64,000 nucleotides of DNA from an uncultured delta proteobacterium (GCA_963845145.1 CAWJQU010000005.1:1184001-1248000), one strand, 5' to 3'. Shown: positions 51,142-61,873, counted from the stretch's first letter. A program made the numbers and translations. Notes: a model not told the origin generated them from the letters alone.

Positions 51142-52438
51142 AGAAAGCAAAAACTGAACAGGGCCTTCAAAAGCCGGCTGTGCGTACCATGGACATCGTG
51201 AACCAGGGGTTGCAGAAACGCTATGCCTCTGAAAAACGGTTCAGGATGCTGGGGATGGCCGCCATCATGGCCAGCATGCTGTTTCTGGCGCTGCTTTTTA
51301 TCACCATCATCGGCAATGGCTATACGGCTTTTTGGCAGACTTTTGTAAAACTGGAAGTGTATTTCGACCCGGAAATACTGCCGCAGGACGCCCTGGAGAC
51401 GGCTGACTACCCCGGATTGGTAAAAAAGTCTCTGCGCAACCATGTTCGCGGATGCCAGAGGTCGCAGAGACAAACGCATGCTCTACAAGCTGGTCAGCAC
51501 AGGCGCTTCCTTCCAGCTGCGCGATATGGTGCTGAAGAATCCCGCACTTGTCGGCAAGCCGAGCCGAGTGTGGGTGCCGGCGGATGACGATGTGGACATG
51601 CTGGTCAAAGGATATTTTGACCGAAATCTGCCCGAGGGAGAGCGTCGCCTCAATGATAAACAACTGTCCTGGCTTGACCGCCTGACCCAAAAAGGCAGCA
51701 TTGAAAAGAAGTTCAACACAGACCTTTTTCACGGCAGGGGATTCAAGGGAGCCCGAGCTGGCCGGGATCAGGGGTGCTGTGGTGGGCTCTTTTTACACTC
51801 TGGTCATCACGTTGATTCTGTCCTTTCCCATCGGTGTGGCCGCAGCGGTTTATCTCGAAGAGTTTGCACCCCGCAATCGTTGGACCGACTTGATCGAAGT
51901 CAACATCAACAACCTGGCCGCGGTTCCCTCTATCGTGTTCGGCCTTCTGGGCCTGGCGATGTTCCTCAACTTTTTCGGGCTGCCCAGATCGGCCCCACTG
52001 GTCGGCGGCCTGGTACTGACTCTAATGACCCTTCCGACCATTATTATTGCCAGTCGTGCGGCGTTGTTATCGGTACCGCCCTCGATCCGCGAAGCCGCCC
52101 TTGGTGTGGGGGCGTCCAAGATGCAGGTGGTGGCTCACCATGTCCTGCCCCTGGCCCTACCCGGCATGCTGACCGGCACTATCATCGGCATGGCCCGTGC
52201 CCTGGGTGAGTCAGCACCCCTGCTCATGATTGGCATGGTGGCCTTTATCGTGGATGTACCCGGCGGTTTTACCGATCCTTCTACCGTACTGCCGGTACAG
52301 ATTTACCTCTGGGTGGACAGCCCGGAACGGGCCTTTGTAGAACGTACGTCTGCTGCAGTCATGATCCTATTAGGGTTCTTGATCGTCATGAATGCGACAG
52401 CCGTCATTTTGAGAAAAAAGTTTGAAAGACGATGGTAA
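51134..52438 (+). pseudogene. pstA: Phosphate ABC permease PstA with 3 frameshifts (~51152, ~51440, ~51720; possibly sequencing error)
   Basis: Consecutive frames give EKRFR..., DSREPELAG, NLAAVPSIVFG, RALGESAP. Confidence 0.85.
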
Positions 52439-52486
52439 TCATTTTGAGTTATAACCAGAAAGCATTTACAAAGGAGAAAAAGAGAA

Positions 52487-53545
52487 ATGCAGAAAAAGAC
52501 AGTCACTATTGTTACCGTCCTGATTTTCGGGGCCATGGCCCTTTTTGCCGGCAATACTCTGGCTGCCGGCCGTGACTACATCAGCATTGTGGGTTCCTCC
52601 ACGGTGTATCCCTTTGCGACGGTGGTGGCCGAACAGTTCGGCAAGACCACCAGCTTTAAAACGCCTAAAATCGAATCCACCGGTTCCGGCGGCGGGTTGA
52701 AGCTGTTCTGTGCCGGCGTGGGTGTGGAGCATCCAGACATCACCAATGCTTCCCGGGCCATCAAGAAGTCCGAGTATGACAAGTGTGCCAGACTAACGGC
52801 GTTACTGGCATTATCGAAGTCAAGATCGGCTATGACGGCATCGTGCTGGCCAACTCCAAAAAGACTGCTCCGTTAAAGTTGACCCGCAAAGATATCTTTC
52901 TGGCCCTGGCCAAAGATGTGCCGGATCCCAAGGGCGGCGAGAAACTGGTTTCCAACCCCTACAAGACTTGGAAAGACGTCAATCCTTCCCTGCCGGCTAA
53001 AAAAATTGAGGTGCTGGGTCCGCCGCCCACCTCGGGCACCCGGGATGCATTCGTTGAACTGGCCATGGAGGGTGGTGCCAAGAAATTTGAGTGGATCATG
53101 GCCATGAAAAAGAAGGACAAAAAGAAATACAAAGATGTCTGCCACACCGTGCGAGAGGACGGGGCCTATGTCGAGGCCGGTGAGAATGACAACCTGATCG
53201 TGCAGAAACTGGATGCCAACCCGGATGCCATCGGTATTTTCGGTTTCAGCTTCCTGGACCAGAACACCGACAAGATTCAGGGCTCTTTTGTGGACGGTGT
53301 TCAGCCGACCTTCGAGGCGATTGCCGACGGCCAGTATCCGGTTTCACGTCCACTGTATTTTTATGTGAAAAAAGCCCACGTGGATGTCATTCCGGGAATG
53401 ACCGAATACCTGGATGAATTTACCAGCGAAAAAGCCTGGGGTGAGGAAGGATATCTGAGTGAAAAGGGCATGATTCCCATGCCTGATGCGGAACGCAAGG
53501 AATACCGCAGCAATGTAAAAAAACTGAAAACACTGCAAAAAGTAA
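52487..53545 (+). pseudogene. pstS: Phosphate-binding protein PstS; frameshift ~52785 and probable extra A before the stop at 53543
   Basis: Signal peptide, GSSTVYP, TGSGGG, ASR, then GYDGI, SGTRDAF, YPVSRPL in the next frame. Confidence 0.85.
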
Positions 53546-53564
53546 TTCTATACCAGAGTGCAAA

Positions 53565-53599
53565 GTTCCGGGCCGGCTGTCACTTATCGGGCCCGGAAC
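53565..53599 (+). other. Stem-loop between pstS and pstB
   Basis: GTTCCGGGCC...GGCCCGGAAC with no U-tract; probably mRNA-stabilising. Confidence 0.55.
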
Positions 53600-53685
53600 A
53601 AGCCAAGGACGGAATAGATCGCATGCAAACAGATACTGCTGAAAATAATGGTGGATGCACAAGCAATTGACCCAAGGGTCGGAAA

Positions 53686-54513
53686 ATGGAAACACAGCCT
53701 CCAAAAAATCTGGTCAGCCGTGACAAACGTCAGACCGTGGGGGAGATCCATGTGGACGCCCCCCGCATGACCTGCCGGAATGTTAATGTCCATTACGCTG
53801 ATGAGCACGCTATAATCGACGTCTCCCTGGATATCGGCAGGAATGAGGTGATCGCCATGATCGGCCCTCAGGATGCGGTAAATCGACCTTCCTGCGTTGC
53901 TTGAATCGCATGAATGACACCATCGACATCTGCCGGGTCACCGGGGAAATCAAACTGGACGGTCAGGACATCTACGATAAGAACATCGATGTGGTTCCTC
54001 TGCGGGTCCAGGTGGGCATGGTGTTTCAGAAACCCAACCCCTTTCCCAAATCCATTTACGATAACATTGCCTATGGCCCGCGAATTCACGGCCTGGCGCA
54101 AAATAAGGCGGAATGGACCAAATCGTGGAGAGTTCCCTGAAAAGAACCGGACTGTGGGAAGAAGTCCACGACCGCCTGAATCAGCCTGGTACTGGGCTTT
54201 CGGGCGGCCAACAGCAGAGATCTCTGCATCGCACGAACAATCGCCGTCAACCCGGAAGTAATACTCATGGACGAGCCATGTTCCGCGCTGGACCCCATTG
54301 CCACGGCCGTCATTGAAGACCTCATTCGCGAACTCCGCGAAACAGTACACCATCGTCATTGTCACTCACTCAATGACCCAGGCTGCTCGAGTTTCCCAAC
54401 GCACCGCCTACTTCCATCTCGGAGATCTTATCGAAGTCGGTGCAACTGAAAAGATTTTTACCCGCCCGCGACACCAACTAACAGAGGATTATATTACTGG
54501 TCGTTTTGGTTGA
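53686..54513 (+). pseudogene. pstB: Phosphate ABC ATPase PstB with 4 frameshifts (possibly sequencing error)
   Basis: [46 protein letters not shown] spread over five frame segments. Confidence 0.88.
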
Positions 54514-54607
54514 TTTACATCTCAATAATAGCAACTATCACCAGATAACTTATTAAAGCCCATTTGTCATGGATAAATGATTACTGAAGAAATTGATAAT
54601 CGGACGA

Positions 54608-54723
54608 CTGCTGGCAATATCCTTGACTTCATGTATAAGCTCACTGAAGGTCGTAACCTCATCAAGCTTTTCATACTGGAATGACTTCATATAGGTTGAG
54701 TGATTCTGCTTTTCCTTTTAGGC
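54608..54723 (+). repeat. Direct repeat B, copy 1 (integrase-fragment / cyclase 3' end junction)
   Basis: Aligns to 60736-60852 with 7 mismatches and 1 gap; the last ~50 bp are identical. Confidence 0.93.
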
Positions 54724-55062
54724 AAAGGTGATCTGAATGATATAGGGAAAAACCTTGTAATCATGATGTTAGAAAGTGCGGGCTTTCAAATCATCGACCT
54801 CGGAATTGATGTGCCTCCGGAAAAGTTTGTGGACGCGATAAAGGAAAATAATCCTGAAATATTGGCACTGTCAGCATTGTTGACCACCACAATGCCAATG
54901 ATCCAAAACACGATTCAAACCATTGCCGACAGCGGATTAAGGGACCATCTCAAGATTTTAGTGGGGGGAGCGCCCGTAACGCAAGAATTTGCAGATAAAG
55001 TCGGTGCCGATGGATATGCTCCGGATGCCGGCTCCGCCAGCAAGCTATCGAAATCTTTATGA
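54724..55062 (+). pseudogene. Corrinoid (B12-binding) protein, C-terminal domain only
   Basis: KGDLNDIGKNLV, DLGIDV, LSALLTTT, VGGAPV. Begins at the right edge of repeat B1. Confidence 0.8.
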
Positions 55063-55099
55063 CAATGAGTTGCTATAATTATTAAAACGTTCTGTTTCT

Positions 55100-56228
55100 T
55101 CATTTAAATATTCGAGCAAGACGCTCAACACCTGTGACCAAATCTTTTTTTGCGTAAAAGGCAAAGCAGAACCGCAGGTAATTACGCATGCCTCTGGCGC
55201 TGGAAAACTTGATGCCGGGCTGAAACCCGACTTGGTGCTTGTTTGCATCGATAAGCAAGGTTTCGGTATCTGTTCCCTCGGGCAAACAGGACCAGATGAA
55301 ATAACCCCCATGTGGGTTCGTAAATTTTAGAGCTGGTATATGGCGGCGTAAAGCGTTACTCAGGGTGAGCATGCGGTCGTGGAAAGTTTTTCGCAAGAAA
55401 TTCAAGTAATCTTTTTGAAGGCCCAGCTCCAACACGCTGTTCACAATGCTGGATACGAAAGGATTTAAACCACCACCACTATCAAGATAGCCGCACGCGA
55501 TAAACGGATCCAGCGCTGAAGGTTTGGCCTGCACCCACCCCAACCGGAGTCCCGGAGCAAGGATTTTAGAGAAGGAGCCTAATGAAAAAACCCGATCCGA
55601 AGTATCATAATATGTCATGGGTTTTGGAGGGTTAGATCTATACGCCAGCATTTGATAGACTTCATCGGCTACAATATAAAAGCCATATTTTTCACTTAAA
55701 CTGATGAGTTGTTTACGCCGGCTGGCAGATAAAGTTACGCCTGTTGGATTATGAAAAGTCGGTATCGTATAAATGAAAATAGGCTTGTCTTTTTCCAATT
55801 CTTTTTCCAAAGCTTCTATAATTAAACCATTTTCATCTATCGGTATTCCAATGATTTTGAGCTCATAGTCGGCAAAGATGCGCAAAGCGAGAAAATAGGA
55901 AGGCTCTTCGACAAAAATCGTGTTGCCCGGCCTGGTGTATAGCGAGCAAATTAGATCCAAGGCTTGGGAAATTCCGGCGGTGATAAAAAGATGATTCGGA
56001 TCGACAGCTGCCCCATATTGCACACTAAGAAATTGGGCCAGAGACAATCTGAAGTTATCGTTGCCCTGCTGAAAACCATATTGCAATATGTTTCGGTCTC
56101 CCTGTTCAAACCGATGAACTGCCGCCTCTGCCAACTGTTCTAAAGGAAGAATGTCAACTTGAGGCTGACCGATACCAAAATCAATCCAACCTTCGGGAAT
56201 GCTGATTTGAGAGATTTGAACCTTGACT
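55100..56228 (-). CDS. PLP-dependent class I/II aminotransferase (MocR/ARO8-like); start codon unclear
   Basis: IDFGIGQP, FHNPTG, DEVY, GSFSKILAPGLRLGW. The frame extends upstream of the called TTG. Confidence 0.85.
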
Positions 56229-56369
56229 GTTGCACCTCAAAATAGGGGATACCTTACGCAAATAAGCTGGAGAATATGCGAATATAGGCGTCGTGTCAAA
56301 TGCCAATAATATCCCTTGCAAAGGACTATATTTACACAATGAGCTTAAAAGGAAATATTGAAATATATA

Positions 56370-56736
56370 CTATCTGTCAGACAATGACCGCAAATCAGGG
56401 TGTGCCCCATTTCTGCTTCGGTGGACAAAGCGAACGCAGATCCAGGCAAGGACAAGGTACAGGAGCGTTAGACCCCACATCCAGATCCATTCTTCCCGGA
56501 CTTGATTGAAGGAGGCTCCCATCTGGGTAAGCCGCAATCCCCCGGTAATTCCCCAGGTGCTTGGCAGGAGCATGGAAACTGCCCTTATCCAGTGAGGCAT
56601 GCTTTCCACAGGCCATGCAAATCCTGATATCAGAACCGCAATCATTGAGCTCCATACAATCATTACGATCGACGTTTCCCTGGTTTTAAAAATTTCTGCC
56701 AGGACCTGGCCTAACAGAATGACCGATAGCAAAAAA
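56370..56736 (-). pseudogene. ABC-2 type permease, C-terminal fragment
   Basis: ISGFAWPVESMP, LLPSTWGI, LTQMGA; 5' part replaced by repeat A2. Confidence 0.8.
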
Positions 56737-56880
56737 TTGAATGAAAAGCTTTCAACAACCCATCCCGAAATGAATCGTTTTCATATCTGATGTATCCTGA
56801 CTTATACTTTAGTAGGCAAGCCTGACGGTCAAGTCAGTACTTCGTTTGACAGTATGTTATCATAGCCATTCAGAAGCCTG
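56725..56880 (+). repeat. Direct repeat A, copy 2 (156 bp)
   Basis: Matches 45881-46036. Confidence 0.95.
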
Positions 56881-57228
56881 TTTGGCCGTTGATGAGTTGG
56901 AGCATGTCAGATTCCGAGGGGCATCATAATACAAAGATACCCATGTTACATCACCACCGCGGCACAACCTTGCCCAATGATGATATCACCACCTTCAACC
57001 AGCTTCAGTTTTTTACTCTATTGGGATTGTGGGCTGATGGAGATGAGTTGGAGCAATCAACGGTTTCGAGAAGCATCATTTCTAAAAGAATATCATTATG
57101 TGTCGCCAGTTCACTCTAATTCTTCCACCTGATGTTATCTCAAGGTCACCTGCCCTTTGTTTAATTCGATTTTCAATAATTGGCAAGTTGGTCTAAAATT
57201 GGGGCAATATGATAACTTATTTAGATAC

Positions 57229-57636
57229 TTAATGTAGAAATTTTTTCGCTTTTTTCCCAATTCCTATAACAGTATCTTTTTCATCATAAGCTTTTACGGT
57301 GATTTCATAATTGTGGATCATACCCTTCATAGGAGATGGACCATTATAGTTTCCCTGTATGGTACCACGGGCAATGATACCTGAATTATCATTGTCTACT
57401 AAACCATCTCCATGATCGTATGATTTAAGATCAAGATCAATCAGACTCACGTGAAAGCGTTTAGTACCCTCGGGTACATCCGTTAGCAGAATCTCTGGAT
57501 TTTTAGAAGAACCGTGATCAATTGGTAACCACTGAAATTCAACACCCATCACAGCAGTGTTCGTGGAGTCATTTTTGCAGGAAATAATGATGAGAACTGC
57601 TAATACTATAACTGACAAAAAGATCACTTTTTTCAT
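57229..57636 (-). CDS. YbhB/YbcL (PEBP-like) lipoprotein
   Basis: Lipobox IIISC, NPEI..DVPEGT, YNGPSP..HNYEITV; AGGAGG RBS. Confidence 0.75.
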   Translation of the reverse strand: MKKVIFLSVIVLAVLIIISCKNDSTNTAVMGVEFQWLPIDHGSSKNPEILLTDVPEGTKRFHVSLIDLDLKSYDHGDGLVDNDNSGIIARGTIQGNYNGPSPMKGMIHNYEITVKAYDEKDTVIGIGKKAKKFLH

Positions 57637-57930
57637 ACGTTCCTCCTGCTGCATTTTTATGCTTCGAATTTAAAAATAATACCAATAGTGCCTGTACCAG
57701 CAATCTTTGTAAGTTGTTTAGATATCAAATTCGCTTTTTCGTTTTCGATCACCTTCCCGACCTCATTTCCGGCGGGATTATCCGCTCAACCCTTAATTCT
57801 GTGACGTTGTGATTATTGAGAATAACACAAATTCACCCATATTTCAGATACTTCAATTTGGCAATTATAAACCCCAACAGGATCAACGATCAAAACCCTA
57901 AAAGGAGCTCTATTCTATATGGAGGTAAGA

Positions 57931-58167
57931 TTATAAGAATTTGGATTCTTTCGAATGTAAAAATTTTGAAATCTTAAAATCATTTAAATTTATACTGGAC
58001 CACCTGCTGATTCTAACCCAACCTTCGCGTCTTTCTTCTTGTGTCCTTTGGTCAGATAGAGCCTTTCTTCTTTCAGGCCCTTTGTAAAAGAAGCGATGCA
58101 GACTAAATATTCTGCGTCTGTCTTTTCCAGTGCGTCTTTCGGGAATAGTGCGCAGAGACTGCGGCAT
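57931..58167 (-). CDS. Small hypothetical protein with repeated ERR/DRR motifs
   Basis: ERRTGKDRR, YKGPERR, EERREGW; AGGAGG RBS. Confidence 0.7.
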   Translation of the reverse strand: MPQSLRTIPERRTGKDRRRIFSLHRFFYKGPERRKALSDQRTQEERREGWVRISRWSSINLNDFKISKFLHSKESKFL

Positions 58168-58801
58168 TTTTGGCCTCCTGTTTACTTGCAAAGAGACAGA
58201 ATATCGAAACACGGTTACATTATTTGACCAACTGACAGCATCAGGATTATTTAAGATTTAAGCCCAACCACATCTTATTCCAAAATAAACAAGAAAGCAC
58301 CTTTGCCCCATTGAGCACAAAAATTATTTTTATCTTGAGTCGCGACTGGCGTGCTTCCTTAACCCAAGCCTTAAAACAATATGTTTTTTGTTAAGAATTT
58401 TAGGTGTTAAGAGCTTAGATATATTGAGGCTACCGTAACAATCTGTTTTAACGGTATTATTGCCGATACGATCTGATTATCTCCAGCATACCACGAAAAC
58501 GCTCAATCCTGCAAGATTTGGCCTGTTTTGATTATTTTCGAACATCGGTGGTTTTTCGGGTACTTGATATCTGCAACATTGTTGGAGCGCCGGAAATTTG
58601 ATTCGAATTTCACCCTTTATTTCTAAAAGACATCTCAGGTTTCAATCTCAACTCAACGACCACATTATCTTGTGGTGCCATTGATGCTTACGTCAAATAA
58701 TGTTCAGTCTTATGAAATTTGAACTACTGTAGGGCCATAACAGTAGACTTGAAAAGCTATAGGGCCCTATACCAAAATGACAATTTTTCTTTTAATTGGA
58801 T

Positions 58802-59992
58802 TTATGCAAAAACCCTTACTTCTGATTTTTTTAGCATTGGTAAATAAACTACCCTTTCATTCGGGATCATTTCAATATTATTTTGGCGGCACTGAAAAGC
58901 ACACTGACCGCAGCCAATACATTTGTCGTTGTTGAAATATACTTTTTCATCAAATAGTTTCATTGCAGTCGTTGGACAGTATTTTTCGCAGTTGCCACAT
59001 CCCTTGCAATTAGAATTATCCTTTATTCTAGCAATAAAAGAAGAATTGTACTTCAGTGATATGGCACCCATATTGTACGGTTTTAAAATGCCACAGCAAT
59101 CCCAGCAACAATTACATATAGCAACTACAGGCAGGTTTATATCATCTTTTTCATGGATCACCGAATGGACTGCCCCTTTGTTACGTACTTCCTTGAGAAT
59201 ATCCATGGCTTCAGATTTAGTAACGTTTCGGCCATACCCCCAACCAGCCCAAGCTTTTGCTCCATCACCGAAAGCTATGCATGATTCTTTTGGCATATCA
59301 TGATCGCATGGTGAGCCTATTAGGCTGTTGCCATGTCTGCAGACACAAGGGAAGGCATATATAGCGTCTTTTTCACCAAATTCCTTTATATATTCATCAA
59401 CATGAAAGGTCGGATAAATTTTTGTGTCCGAAGATGATAGCGGTATATTGATGGGTATTGTCTTTCTTTTTTTCATACCTTCTATATCCGGATTCATCAA
59501 GGCTGCATCTTGGTTGGGTACTGACATATTGCGCATAAGTAAATTTTGTACATTTCGCAAAGGGAAAAAATTAAACTTCTTAAAGTATTCAAAAAACTCA
59601 TTCCATTTTTCAAAAAATTCCCTTTCCTCGGGTTTCCCAACATTGTAATGCATCATGACTTCATACCACCCAACGGCGATAGCATTTAAACGATACACCT
59701 CTGTCCTGTTTTCACCTAATTCGAAATGAATGAGCCCTTTTCTTTTCATTCTGTCAAAGAAGGATTGGAATTGGTCATCTGGCAAGTTACTGACCTTAGC
59801 GGCTTCTTCATATGAGTACGATTTTGTGCCTAACTGTAACAGATATTCAATTTCATCATCAGTAATAACAAGGTCCATCATTTCCACCAGTGGCCGCACA
59901 ATTGGAAAAAGCCGCTGAGTTTGCTTATTCATCATTGATAAAATGGTTTTAATTTTTTTCTTTCTTGCAGGAGACATTTTGGATTGTTTCAT
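58802..59992 (-). CDS. 4Fe-4S dicluster-domain protein (distant paralog of 20444-21502)
   Basis: PCVCR, ICNCCWDCC, two CxxCxxCxxxC motifs; AGGAGG RBS. Confidence 0.88.
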   Translation of the reverse strand: MKQSKMSPARKKKIKTILSMMNKQTQRLFPIVRPLVEMMDLVITDDEIEYLLQLGTKSYSYEEAAKVSNLPDDQFQSFFDRMKRKGLIHFELGENRTEVYRLNAIAVGWYEVMMHYNVGKPEEREFFEKWNEFFEYFKKFNFFPLRNVQNLLMRNMSVPNQDAALMNPDIEGMKKRKTIPINIPLSSSDTKIYPTFHVDEYIKEFGEKDAIYAFPCVCRHGNSLIGSPCDHDMPKESCIAFGDGAKAWAGWGYGRNVTKSEAMDILKEVRNKGAVHSVIHEKDDINLPVVAICNCCWDCCGILKPYNMGAISLKYNSSFIARIKDNSNCKGCGNCEKYCPTTAMKLFDEKVYFNNDKCIGCGQCAFQCRQNNIEMIPNERVVYLPMLKKSEVRVFA

Positions 59993-60600
59993 TTTTAACC
60001 TCCTTGAATTGCTTTAGTTAGAGCAATGGCAGTTATCACGTATAGGAACTATGCTACGTTAAACCGATTGATTTTACTTTTAAGATACTCTTTCGATAAG
60101 TTTTCAACAAACAATGAGTAAGAATGTCATTGTAAAGTCTAAAATAAGTTCTCAGGTAAGTCGGTGGGGGAATTAAGATCAGGGCAAATGCATGCCTGAT
60201 TCAAAACACATAACGATTATTATCAGGAAACTAATGAAATCACAAGGTATAGATATTTGAGTTATTTGAAAAGGTTGTGATGTACTCTAATTGACAATCT
60301 AAAAACCAACTATCAGGGCTTTGGTGATGTATTGAGAACATACCTACCTTGTAAACATCTAAAAACGTAACAAAATTTTAATAACCCGGCAAGAAATAAA
60401 TCTGTGATATTTTCAATTTGGACTGAAATTTAAGACCGGTGATACTAATGCCCAATCTTGGTTTAGGCCTTTACTGAGATTGATTGAGAGATGTATTAGT
60501 TATCAAACTTAACGAGATTATTGCCGATATGCTTTGGGCATATTAGAATTATTTTGGCATTGGGCCATTGTCAAAGATTTTAGTAAAAGGAGGTACGTCG

Positions 60601-60797
60601 ATGAAAGTATCCAAAGCGGGAAAAATCAGGCTCGATTATCATCAAATCCACTCGAAAAAAATACAGTTAGATCGCACTCGTTTGTCAAAGATAAATTTTG
60701 TAGCCAGCTCGGTGCTTATGACCTCAACGATCTGTCTGCTGGCAATATCCTTGACTTCATGGATCAGCTCACCGAAGATCGTAAACCCCATCAAGCA
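60601..60797 (+). pseudogene. Tyrosine recombinase/integrase N-terminal remnant
   Basis: AAGGAGG RBS; MKVSKAGKIRLDYHQIHSKK / NTVRSHSFVKDKFCSQLG..DLSAGNILDFMDQLTEDRKP across a frameshift in an A7 run. Resembles an integrase SAM-like N-domain; no catalytic domain. Confidence 0.65.
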
Positions 60798-60852
60798 TTT
60801 TATACTGGAATGACTTCATATAGGTTGAGTGATTCTGCTTTTCCTTTTAGGC
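60736..60852 (+). repeat. Direct repeat B, copy 2
   Basis: Matches 54608-54723. Confidence 0.93.
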
Positions 60853-61873
60853 TAACGGCTCCGATTTTTAAAATATCAAAGAGATGTAGATTCTCTAATC
60901 TTGTTTTTATTGATTCCGATATTAAAATTCTTTTTTTGAATTCATTACATTTTGCTTGAATTCGTGCTGCCGTATTCAAAACATCACCATGATATTCAAG
61001 TTCTTTTTTGATTACACCAACCTCAGCAATTGTAGCACTACCCAAATGAAGACCGGCTTTGAATTCAGGAACGATTCCGTATTTATTTTGATAATATTTT
61101 CTTTTGCTTTTTATAAGCGCATCATATGCAAAAAATGTGTTTATGCAATTTCCTTTTTCAATTCCTTCGTCAATGTTCCATGATAGAATCACTTCATCGC
61201 CCACATATTTATAAATTTTCGCATCAAATTTGGTAACGATATCTGTTATATCGAAAAAACAGTCCTGAATGAACTGACTGTATTTAATATGCCCAAGATT
61301 TTCAGCATAGGTCGTCGAAGATTTCAAATCCATAAACATAAAAATACGTTTTTCCTCTTTGGGTTGATGGTACTTTCCAAGCAAAAAGCTTATCAGAACT
61401 CCCTGACCGAATTTATCATTGACTTGGAGAATAAATAGAGCCGAAATACAAGCAAGACTCCAAAAAATGAACTTCGTGACCGCTTTGACGCTAAATAAAA
61501 AATCAACGTACAACTTAAAAACATCTCCGCTCAGCAACGGTTTATTAATTTCGGAGCTGAATATATGAAGCATACACAGAGAGATAAAACAGTACATAGA
61601 CAATAGGTAGATGGCCGTCTTAATCGATAACGTAATACCAAAAGGTTTTCTGTATAATAATTTATTTAAGTACAATACCTCTAATGATCCAAGTAAGGTC
61701 CCGCCGATAATACAAGATATAATGATATAAATTAGATTACGTAAAAAACTATAATGCCCCTCAATTTCAGATTTAAACCCTAAAAGAGATGCATCGTAAA
61801 AGGTGATGAAAATGCCACATAAAACCCAAAAACAAATAAGGAATAGAATTTTATAGAATTGAATTTTTCTCAT
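60800..61873 (-). CDS. Membrane-bound class III adenylate/guanylate cyclase domain protein
   Basis: 4 TM, FMDLKSST, YVGDE, KAGLH, GDVLNTAARI, LKGK; AT-rich. Confidence 0.9.
   Translation of the reverse strand: MRKIQFYKILFLICFWVLCGIFITFYDASLLGFKSEIEGHYSFLRNLIYIIISCIIGGTLLGSLEVLYLNKLLYRKPFGITLSIKTAIYLLSMYCFISLCMLHIFSSEINKPLLSGDVFKLYVDFLFSVKAVTKFIFWSLACISALFILQVNDKFGQGVLISFLLGKYHQPKEEKRIFMFMDLKSSTTYAENLGHIKYSQFIQDCFFDITDIVTKFDAKIYKYVGDEVILSWNIDEGIEKGNCINTFFAYDALIKSKRKYYQNKYGIVPEFKAGLHLGSATIAEVGVIKKELEYHGDVLNTAARIQAKCNEFKKRILISESIKTRLENLHLFDILKIGAVSLKGKAESLNLYEVIPV

Noticed and set aside
56881..57180. Possible decayed gene after repeat A2
   Set aside because: Only short broken frames that I cannot assign to a family.
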